A stretch of DNA of 25,828 nucleotides from a virus. Lineage: Duplodnaviria; Caudoviricetes. The stretch is from positions 1 through 25,828 of the IMG/VR virus record IMGVR_UViG_3300025838_000116; one strand, 5' to 3'. The notes under the pieces were generated by a model. That model had not been told where the DNA came from, searched no databases, and saw nothing but the letters and a program-made list of their open reading frames with translations. Of the stretch, positions 1 to 7,027 are shown piece after piece (positions within the stretch are counted from its first letter, which is position 1; each line of letters opens with the position of its first letter). The position numbers were made by a program, and so were the translations under genes.

Positions 1-51
1 ATTACGCAAATTTCGACAATATTTTGTTAAAAACTTGAAAAAGGGGGTGAT

Positions 52-576
52 ATGGCAGTGCTTAAAGACTATATGTGTACAGAACACGGTGTATTTGAAT
101 CTAGGGAGGCAAAATGCCCTATAAAGTTCTGTCAAGGGGATTTATCTGTTATTTTCTTGCAACCAGTAGGCATAAAGTCCGAAAACACCAAGAAAAACGA
201 TAAAAACCTTAAACAACTGGCTTTAGAGTTTGATATGACCGATATTAAGTCTACAAAGGCTGGTGAACACCAAACTGGGTACTTAAAACGCAAAAATAAA
301 CTATCTGACAAGGCTTTTGAGAAAGCTGGAGCTGCTATGGCTCAGAATCAGAAGCGTCAAGAGGAAGAAATAATTAAGCAACGTCTGAGTGGCGTAAACT
401 GGGGTAATGGTGGTAATATCAACCTCAAATCCGTCATGGGTGGGCAGTTTAAACCCGTTGCTGACGAAGTTGTTAGCGTTTTACCCAAAAGTGTAGGACA
501 ATTTGTACCACCCAGACCTGGTGCAGGGAGTCAGGTTGACCATGAGGGACTTAAGATTAATTCAAGTTCGGAGTAA
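52..576 (+). CDS. Hypothetical protein with N-terminal zinc-ribbon-like motif
   Basis: 174 aa; CTEH...CPIKFC near the N-terminus; GGGGGTG Shine-Dalgarno upstream; stop lies 2 nt before the portal start. Confidence 0.75.
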   Translation: MAVLKDYMCTEHGVFESREAKCPIKFCQGDLSVIFLQPVGIKSENTKKNDKNLKQLALEFDMTDIKSTKAGEHQTGYLKRKNKLSDKAFEKAGAAMAQNQKRQEEEIIKQRLSGVNWGNGGNINLKSVMGGQFKPVADEVVSVLPKSVGQFVPPRPGAGSQVDHEGLKINSSSE

Positions 577-578
577 CC

Positions 579-2204
579 ATGAAAATACCAAAAGGGATGC
601 TAGATAGAGATGAGTTCTTTAATGACATCATCTATAAATGCGAAGTCTCCCTTGCCTCTCGTAAAGTAGATTACGCTTCTTTACGTAACTGGTATCTCTT
701 TGGTAACGGACCTGATGAAGCTCCTGCACTCTACAACAAAATATTTCCGCACCTAGACCAAGTTACTTCTTTCTTGTACTCTGCTGAGACAACAAGATTT
801 AGTATTAACCTGGGTGCGTCTGTTCCAGAAGGTGAGCACACCAAGATTCCAGTCCTCACAAAAGCTCTTAACAACGAGTGGCTAAATAGCAACGCTGACC
901 AAGTATTTTCTACGGCTACCACTTGGGCACTTGTTTACGGCACAACTTACGTCAAGCTCATCATAAACAACGGTATCCATCCGTACATGGTTGAGCCTGG
1001 TACGGTGGGTGTCCTGCGTGAAGACATCACGTACACGGATAGACAAGAAGCAATCATCCACAAGTATTACATCACCAAGTCTGAGTTGTATGCTCGTCTG
1101 TACAAGCATCCCAACAGAGACAAGATACTACAAAAAATAAATTCTATGCCTCACGAGAGGACCGAGATAGCCAACGGTTTAGAGCGTATTATTATTTCCC
1201 AGTCCAACCCAACTATCTACGGTAACGTAAACCTAGACCTTGCTGGTGGTAACCGCTACAAGGCAGAGGTTGCAGAAGACACGGTTGAGATGACTGAGTT
1301 GTGGATATGGTGTGACGACATTGCGGATTACAGAGTGGTCACAAAGGCAGACCCAGACGTAATTATTTATGAGCGTCCAGGTGAAGAAATGTTTATCAAG
1401 GGTGAACTCCCGTTCATCCAGATATGTCCTAATCCACTGTACGACTACTACTGGGGTGGTAGTGAAGTACAACGATTAATCTACTTGCAGCAGTTGCGTA
1501 ACAGGCGCATGACCGAAATCTTGGACCTGTTATCAAAGCAAGTTTCACCTCCAACCGCCCTAATAGGATTTACGGGAATCTTGGACGAAAAGAATTTCGC
1601 CTTGAACCGAGCTGGAGGTCTTTTATCTACTGATATGCCCAACGCCAAAGTAGAGAAGTTAGCACCCACTATGCCACCAGACCTCTTCACAGAACTGCGT
1701 GAGATAGATGCAATGTTTGAGGAAGCATCAGGGGTGGGTAACGTACTACAAGGTAAAGGTGAGGCAGGTGTCAGGTCAGCAGGTCATGCCTCTCAGTTAG
1801 CCCGTCTGGGTTCGTCACGAGTAAAAAAACGGGCACTAATTATTGAGGATTCGTTAGAGAAGTTAGCAACCTTGTACTTAAAGGCTATGCAAATTTATGA
1901 TGATACGCACTTCAAAGACACGCACGGTATACCTTTCATTGCCGAACAGTTCACCAAAGAATTTACGGTTAAAGTGGACGGACACTCTAACTCACCCATC
2001 TTTACGGAAGACACAAGGACGCTTGCGTTTAACCTTCTTAAGGCTGGGGTTATTGACAAAAAATCATTACTTGATTTAATAGAGCCACCAATGAAAGAAG
2101 AGTTGATAGAACGGTTGAAGAAAATGGAGGAAAAACAAGCCTCACAACCGCCTAAACCTCCTGGTAAAGAACAAAGTAAACCTGAACTTAAGAAGGTCGG
2201 ATGA
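579..2204 (+). CDS. Portal protein (podovirus/P22-like)
   Basis: 541 aa, helical; size and position at the head of the scaffold-capsid block; segments such as YNKIFPHLDQVTSFLY, ELPFIQIC..P..DYYWG and 'EIDAMFEEASGV..VLQG' resemble podoviral portals. Confidence 0.85.
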   Translation: MKIPKGMLDRDEFFNDIIYKCEVSLASRKVDYASLRNWYLFGNGPDEAPALYNKIFPHLDQVTSFLYSAETTRFSINLGASVPEGEHTKIPVLTKALNNEWLNSNADQVFSTATTWALVYGTTYVKLIINNGIHPYMVEPGTVGVLREDITYTDRQEAIIHKYYITKSELYARLYKHPNRDKILQKINSMPHERTEIANGLERIIISQSNPTIYGNVNLDLAGGNRYKAEVAEDTVEMTELWIWCDDIADYRVVTKADPDVIIYERPGEEMFIKGELPFIQICPNPLYDYYWGGSEVQRLIYLQQLRNRRMTEILDLLSKQVSPPTALIGFTGILDEKNFALNRAGGLLSTDMPNAKVEKLAPTMPPDLFTELREIDAMFEEASGVGNVLQGKGEAGVRSAGHASQLARLGSSRVKKRALIIEDSLEKLATLYLKAMQIYDDTHFKDTHGIPFIAEQFTKEFTVKVDGHSNSPIFTEDTRTLAFNLLKAGVIDKKSLLDLIEPPMKEELIERLKKMEEKQASQPPKPPGKEQSKPELKKVG

Positions 2205-2374
2205 TGGCAACACAAAACGTAGGTGGAGCAAGAGTTAGCCCCAAGGCAGACCAGCCACGGGTGAGCACGGACACATTGCGTAAACAAACATCAGGACCAG
2301 GCTTGACACAAAGAACAACGGGTGTTAAAAACTCATCTGGCGGTAGAACGCAACGCAACTACGCCAGAACTTAA
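2204..2374 (+). CDS. Small basic hypothetical protein (56 aa), absent from the ORF track
   Basis: ATG overlaps the portal stop (ATGATG, 2201-2206); MATQNVGGARVSPKADQPRVSTDTLRKQTSGPGLTQRTTGVKNSSGGRTQRNYART; AAGG upstream. Confidence 0.75.
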   Translation: MATQNVGGARVSPKADQPRVSTDTLRKQTSGPGLTQRTTGVKNSSGGRTQRNYART

Positions 2375-2389
2375 TTAAGGAATGACATC

Positions 2390-2434
2390 ATGATGCACAG
2401 ATATGGTAAAAGAGGTCGCAAGACCAGACGGTAA
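2390..2434 (+). CDS. Protamine-like micropeptide MMHRYGKRGRKTRR (14 aa)
   Basis: TAAGGA SD at 2376-2381, 8 nt before the ATG; 7 of 14 residues K/R, no acidic residues. Confidence 0.6.
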   Translation: MMHRYGKRGRKTRR

Positions 2435-2446
2435 TTCTTGAAAGAG

Positions 2447-2581
2447 AATAGGGTATGGTTTCTCCCCTTAATGAGAAATTGTTTGTTTAAGGAGCTTCCC
2501 ATGAAACGTGGTTCACGCAAACACAAGCGTAAGTAATTATGCCGACATTGGCAGTATGTCGTAAAATACTGCCACCCTATT
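2447..2581 (+). ncRNA. Candidate structured RNA: closing helix plus two H-type pseudoknots flanking a mini-ORF
   Basis: AATAGGG(2447-2453)/CCCTATT(2575-2581). PK-A: GGTTTCTC(2457-64)/GAGAAATT(2473-80) with CCTTAA(2466-71)/TTAAGG(2487-92). PK-B: CGACA(2543-47)/TGTCG(2557-61) with TGGCAGTA(2549-56)/TACTGCCA(2567-74). Confidence 0.6.
2501..2536 (+). CDS. Protamine-like micropeptide MKRGSRKHKRK (11 aa)
   Basis: Strong TAAGGAG SD at 2488-2494, 6 nt before the ATG; 7 of 11 residues K/R. Confidence 0.65.
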   Translation: MKRGSRKHKRK

Positions 2582-2609
2582 GACAAATGGTTTGTAAGTG
2601 GTTACAAAC
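2580..2609 (+). promoter_or_regulatory. Possible sigma70 promoter with overlapping palindromic operator
   Basis: TTGACA (2580-85), 17-nt spacer, TACAAA (2603-08, imperfect -10); inverted repeat GTTTGTAA-gtgg-TTACAAAC at 2590-2609. Confidence 0.4.
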
Positions 2610-2625
2610 TAGGCAAGGAGAAAAT

Positions 2626-3150
2626 ATGAGTGTCCCGTCAGATAAGTTAATGGAGTTAATGAAAGGCAGTCGTTCTGCTGGAACGCCTATGCCTGGTGCA
2701 CAGGATGCGCCCCCTCCAGGTGCTAATATGTCTGATGCTGAAGTACCTCCTATGGGTTCTCCAATGTCAACTCCTGAACCTAAGATGGGTTCTAAGGAGG
2801 CTGCAAAAATTAATTTAGGTATGGCTCAAGATTTACTAGAGCAATCTTTACCTGCATTAGGTTCTGATTCTGAAGAGGGCAAAGCAGCGCTCGCAGCTAT
2901 CGGTGCAATCAACAAGATTCTTGGTGCACGTAAGAACAAAACAAACGAATTACAACAGTCAGAAATTCTTCAGATGTTGCAAACACTACCGCAAGCTGGT
3001 GGTGGCACTCCAGAAGGAAAAGCTATGGCTGGTTCACCTATACCTGGTATGTCACCTCCTGGTGGTATGCCTCCTCCACCTCCAGCACCTGGCGGTGGTA
3101 TGCCTCCCCCTCCTGGTGGTATGCCAGGGCTTCCCCCACCCCCAATGTAA
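2626..3150 (+). CDS. Proline/glycine-rich head-module protein (174 aa)
   Basis: Start reassigned to ATG 2626 because of the AAGGAG SD; helical core flanked by Pro/Gly/Met-rich tails with PPGGMPPP repeats. Confidence 0.8.
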   Translation: MSVPSDKLMELMKGSRSAGTPMPGAQDAPPPGANMSDAEVPPMGSPMSTPEPKMGSKEAAKINLGMAQDLLEQSLPALGSDSEEGKAALAAIGAINKILGARKNKTNELQQSEILQMLQTLPQAGGGTPEGKAMAGSPIPGMSPPGGMPPPPPAPGGGMPPPPGGMPGLPPPPM

Positions 3151-3159
3151 GGAAAAATC

Positions 3160-3342
3160 ATGGATTTATTTAAACCAAGAGGTAATTCTCAACCACGTAG
3201 ACCTACAGACAACAACCAAAAGAATGGCGTTGTGATTAACACTCCACGTTATTCCCAGTTTGGCGGTTTGACTGGCGCAACTAAAGCTGCTTTTGGCGGT
3301 ATGAGAGTTGAAAAGCCAGGTGACGGTAAAAAAATTATTTAA
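3160..3342 (+). CDS. Small basic hypothetical protein (60 aa)
   Basis: TAAGGA SD; fills the gap between neighbouring genes. Confidence 0.75.
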   Translation: MDLFKPRGNSQPRRPTDNNQKNGVVINTPRYSQFGGLTGATKAAFGGMRVEKPGDGKKII

Positions 3343-3363
3343 CAACGGTAAGAGGGTAACAAA

Positions 3364-3891
3364 ATGTCTTTAGAAAATCTTTCACTTGAAGCACGAGATG
3401 AGTTAGCTAGTCTGGCTCAAACGCTTGCTGAAAATCCAGACACTCGCAAAGACTTTTTGCGGATGACTAAAAAAATTAAGCCTGGAATGCCTATTCCTGA
3501 GCTGGACATTGAGGAATACACCAACAGAGCAATCACTGCGTCTGATGCAAGAGTACAAGCCTTAGAGTCTAAACTCAGAGAAAGAGATGCTCAGTCTGAA
3601 TTAGAAAAACGCAGGAACAATCTGATTACTAATAAAAATATTAGAAAAGAAGATATTCCAGAAATTGAAAAACTCATGCTTGAAAAGCAGATTCCAAGTC
3701 ACGACACTGCTGCCGAGTATTTTGAGTATATGAGACAGGCTGCAAAGCCTACTCCTACTGGGTACAACCCTTCCGCAGTTCGCCAGTTTGACCTTGGCAA
3801 ATTCTGGAAAGACCCAAGAGGGGCAGCGCAGCAAGAGGCGGTGAAGGCTTTCGCAGACCTGCGTAAACCACAACGTCCAATCGGTTTGTAA
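3364..3891 (+). CDS. Probable capsid scaffolding protein
   Basis: 175 aa, charged and coiled-coil-like, immediately upstream of the major capsid gene; GAGGG SD. Confidence 0.65.
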   Translation: MSLENLSLEARDELASLAQTLAENPDTRKDFLRMTKKIKPGMPIPELDIEEYTNRAITASDARVQALESKLRERDAQSELEKRRNNLITNKNIRKEDIPEIEKLMLEKQIPSHDTAAEYFEYMRQAAKPTPTGYNPSAVRQFDLGKFWKDPRGAAQQEAVKAFADLRKPQRPIGL

Positions 3892-3912
3892 AAGAGGGTA
3901 GTAAATTTGTCA

Positions 3913-3926
3913 GGGCAGAGATGCCC
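3913..3926 (+). promoter_or_regulatory. GNRA-capped hairpin in the capsid leader
   Basis: GGGCA-GAGA-TGCCC, about 5 nt upstream of the TAAGGAG SD of the capsid gene. Confidence 0.4.
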
Positions 3927-3943
3927 ATCTTTAAGGAGCTAAT

Positions 3944-4966
3944 ATGGCTATAGGTGGTGGAATTCTGCCCCAGACAGGTAGTTCACAATTTACGGAACTT
4001 ACGTATGTAACCCGTAGAGCGTTTATTCCCAAACTGGTTGTGCAGTTATACAACAGTACGCCTTTGATGGCAGCGTTGATTGCAAACAGTCAACAAGCAT
4101 CAGGTGGTGTATCTTCAGTAACCGTGCCCGTCCAAGGCGCACAGTTTGTTAACGCACAGTGGTCTGACTACTCTGGCTCTTTTGCCCAGCCGTCAGTACA
4201 ACAAGGTGCTTACAACGCTGAGTTTGACCTCAAGTTGATGATTTCTCCCGTGCCGTTCCTCGGTATGGAAGGCGTTGCTCAACAAGACGCTGCAATTATT
4301 CCATTGATTGAAGCACGTATGAATGACGCAACCAACGTGATGATGGATGCAATGGCAACAGCCTTGTATAACAACACCACAAACAACCAACAATTTATCG
4401 GACTCCCCGCAGCGGTGGATGACGGTACAGGTGGTGCAACATACCAGACTACTTACGGTAACATCAACCGTAGCACCTACACATGGTGGCAGTCTAAGGT
4501 TTACAACGCAGGTAACGTAAACCCAACAAGACAAAACATTCTTCAGTACATTTCTGGAACAGTTAAAAGGGGTGCAGAAATGCCTTCTTTTGGTGTTTGC
4601 GGATTTGGTACATGGACACTCTTAGCTCAAGACTTTGTTGGTCAAGAGCAATACGTTATCACTCCTGGCTCAGGCTTTGATAGTGACAACAACGGTCCTC
4701 AAGCAGCGTTCAGAGCGTTGATGGTTGCGGGCGTTCCAATTTATCCAGACCCATATTGTCCAGAAGGCACTGTGTACTTCCTGAACACCAACTACTTGAG
4801 CTTGTACATTCACGAGCAAGGTTCATTTGTGTTCACAGGATTTGAGTCCACATTACCTAACTGGCAAATTGGTTACGTAGGTGCGGTTCTTATGATTGCT
4901 GAGTTGGTGTCTGTAAAGCCCAAGGCAATGTCAAAAGTTACCAACTACAACTACCTCTCACTGTAA
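3944..4966 (+). CDS. Major capsid protein (HK97 fold)
   Basis: 340 aa; position after the scaffold; strong SD; motifs LVVQLYNSTPL, FIGLPAAVD, YGNINRSTYTWWQ and GVPIYPDPYCPEGTVYFLNTNYL are typical of podoviral coat proteins. Confidence 0.88.
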   Translation: MAIGGGILPQTGSSQFTELTYVTRRAFIPKLVVQLYNSTPLMAALIANSQQASGGVSSVTVPVQGAQFVNAQWSDYSGSFAQPSVQQGAYNAEFDLKLMISPVPFLGMEGVAQQDAAIIPLIEARMNDATNVMMDAMATALYNNTTNNQQFIGLPAAVDDGTGGATYQTTYGNINRSTYTWWQSKVYNAGNVNPTRQNILQYISGTVKRGAEMPSFGVCGFGTWTLLAQDFVGQEQYVITPGSGFDSDNNGPQAAFRALMVAGVPIYPDPYCPEGTVYFLNTNYLSLYIHEQGSFVFTGFESTLPNWQIGYVGAVLMIAELVSVKPKAMSKVTNYNYLSL

Positions 4967-4979
4967 GGAGTAATGACAA

Positions 4980-5327
4980 ATGGCATTAGCACTCAATAAA
5001 ATTATCCTTGCAAATGCAACGGCAAACACGCCTGGTGCGTATTTTACGTTTGCAAACATTTCTGCAACCACTACAGGTAACGTTATACCAGCAGGTGTGT
5101 ACTTAGTACCTCCTACTGCTAACGTGACCATCAACATGACCTCTGCAACCAACTTAACAACAGGAAACATTTCTGCTGTTGGACCTTTTATTGGAAACAA
5201 TACAGGTGGTGTGGTTGTCTCTGACGGTGTTAACGTATTTATTAACTCTTCTGGTTACAACACTACTGTTCAAGTTTTGACAGTTGAAGGTGGTCAGAAC
5301 GTTAGTGGTACATATAACAACGTTTAA
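4980..5327 (+). CDS. Probable capsid decoration/virion protein
   Basis: 115 aa, beta-rich N/T/V/G composition, TAAGGAG SD, directly after the capsid gene. Confidence 0.6.
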   Translation: MALALNKIILANATANTPGAYFTFANISATTTGNVIPAGVYLVPPTANVTINMTSATNLTTGNISAVGPFIGNNTGGVVVSDGVNVFINSSGYNTTVQVLTVEGGQNVSGTYNNV

Positions 5328-5336
5328 GGAGGACAC

Positions 5337-5798
5337 ATGGCTAATCCCGATTCAGTCAGTCAGTATTACCTGGATTCATTTGGGAATGGTCGTATTGGCT
5401 ATGCTCCTCAAGCAAACTTAGCTACAACAGGGTCTGGTGTTATCACCATTCCTTTGTTGTCAGGTGGTTTGACTGTAGGTGCATCTGCTAACTCTTCTGG
5501 CTCTGTTATTCTTCGCAGAATTACTGTGAACAATCCACAGGGCAGTGTATCTTCTGCTAACGTATCTATTACAACATCCAGTGATGGCAACATCTCTAAT
5601 GCAGTAGTAGCCAACGTAGTTTTGTCTAACTTGACCACTTCTGGTAAGTATCAAGATTTAACAATTGCAGGTGCATACGGAGCAAATACGGCAGTTTCAG
5701 GGGCAACAACACAAGCACTATACGTAAACATTAACACAGCTAGTGGTAACTCTAACTTGGTTAACATCGTAATTTATGGTGATGTTGTTAGTTTCTAA
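5337..5798 (+). CDS. Probable virion structural/decoration protein
   Basis: 153 aa, beta-rich; AAGGAGG SD. Confidence 0.6.
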   Translation: MANPDSVSQYYLDSFGNGRIGYAPQANLATTGSGVITIPLLSGGLTVGASANSSGSVILRRITVNNPQGSVSSANVSITTSSDGNISNAVVANVVLSNLTTSGKYQDLTIAGAYGANTAVSGATTQALYVNINTASGNSNLVNIVIYGDVVSF

Positions 5799-6139
5799 TG
5801 GATAAGGTATTTGTAACCAATCGTGGCAACATCGAATTAACCATAGGTTATGACGGTGTTGTCTATGAGTTTGTAAAAAACGTATCTGTAGAGATTCCTC
5901 TTGCTGGAGCTGTGCAGTTATTTGGTTACACGCTTAAAGACAGAGAACACATTTTGGTTCGACATGGTTGGATTCAAACCCACGCAGAACTAGAAGAAAG
6001 TTTAAAAAAGCTAGACCAGTTTGAGATAACAACTGAGAAGCCTATAAAAGACAGCTCGTTACCCTCGGCTGTAGGCGTAGTACCCTTGCGTCTTGAGAAA
6101 GGCGTGGGGGGAAAATCCTTTCAAAAGCGGGTAGCTTAA
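5798..6139 (+). CDS. Hypothetical protein
   Basis: 113 aa; TAATG translational coupling to the upstream gene. Confidence 0.75.
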   Translation: MDKVFVTNRGNIELTIGYDGVVYEFVKNVSVEIPLAGAVQLFGYTLKDREHILVRHGWIQTHAELEESLKKLDQFEITTEKPIKDSSLPSAVGVVPLRLEKGVGGKSFQKRVA

Positions 6140-6152
6140 CTATGGATGTTTC

Positions 6153-7025
6153 ATGCCGACGCTCAACAACTATCTCACACAAGTTGAATATCTGCTGCAT
6201 GATGCCAACAATAATTTTTGGACTCAAGCTCAGTTAACAGGATACATTAACGAGTCTCGTTCACAATTAGTCAGGGATACGGGGTGTTTGCGTACAGTTC
6301 AAAACACATCTACTCCCATAGCGTCTTCTAATCCCTACCTAAGCACAAACACAAATACAACACCTGCTACGCCTTGGGTGGCAAGTACATCCGTTACCGC
6401 AGGTCAGTATGTGTTCAGCAACATTTACATTTATCAGTATCAAACAAGCGGTATATCTGGCACTGCTGCACCAGCGTATCCAACAGGTACAAACATTTTT
6501 CCCCCTACCACCACATTTGCGGATGGTACGGCAACTTTGTTATATGTTCAAAATGCAGAGATTATTCCTTTTCAAGCGTTACCTAACGGAATTAATACGG
6601 TTGACATTCTCAACATTAATCTTTACTGGGGTAATAGTCGCATCCCTATGCGTTACTTGCCGTGGTCTGATTTCACTTCCCAGCTCCGTTATTGGCAGAA
6701 TTACATTGGCAGACCAATTTGTTTTTCCGTCTACGGTCAACAACAAATATACATTGCCCCAGTCCCAGACCAGTCTTACTACATTGAATTAGACACGGTT
6801 ATATTGCCACAACCTTTGTCTATAGGTACGCCTGATGTGCAAGATACTATTCTTGACCCCTGGAGTACCGCAGTGCAGTATTACGCAGCCTACAAAGCTA
6901 AGTTTTACGAGCAATCTTACGGTGAAGCCGAGATATACCAGCAACAATACAATAAAAAAGTATTGAACATTCTTAATTCTACTTACACAAGAAGAATCCC
7001 CAACCCCTACAGTAGTGGAGGTTAA
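6153..7025 (+). CDS. Head-tail adaptor (P22 gp4 / T7 tubular protein A-like) with inserted domain
   Basis: N-terminal 'TLNNYLTQVEYLLHD...WTQAQLTGYINES', central 'GRPICFSVY..IYIAPVPDQSY' and C-terminal 'AVQYYAAYKAK' adaptor pattern; position in the gene order. Confidence 0.7.
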   Translation: MPTLNNYLTQVEYLLHDANNNFWTQAQLTGYINESRSQLVRDTGCLRTVQNTSTPIASSNPYLSTNTNTTPATPWVASTSVTAGQYVFSNIYIYQYQTSGISGTAAPAYPTGTNIFPPTTTFADGTATLLYVQNAEIIPFQALPNGINTVDILNINLYWGNSRIPMRYLPWSDFTSQLRYWQNYIGRPICFSVYGQQQIYIAPVPDQSYYIELDTVILPQPLSIGTPDVQDTILDPWSTAVQYYAAYKAKFYEQSYGEAEIYQQQYNKKVLNILNSTYTRRIPNPYSSGG

Positions 7026-7027
7026 GA

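Noticed and set aside
2447-2620. tmRNA, suggested by the pk1-like pseudoknot
   Set aside because: No tRNA-like acceptor/T-arm or hydrophobic ..AA tag frame found; the ORF has its own SD and ATG.
6109-6116. G_GGA_AAA slippery heptamer near the end of the 113-aa gene
   Set aside because: The -1 frame is not the adaptor's frame, and the adaptor frame has a TAG shortly upstream of its ATG, so no fusion results.
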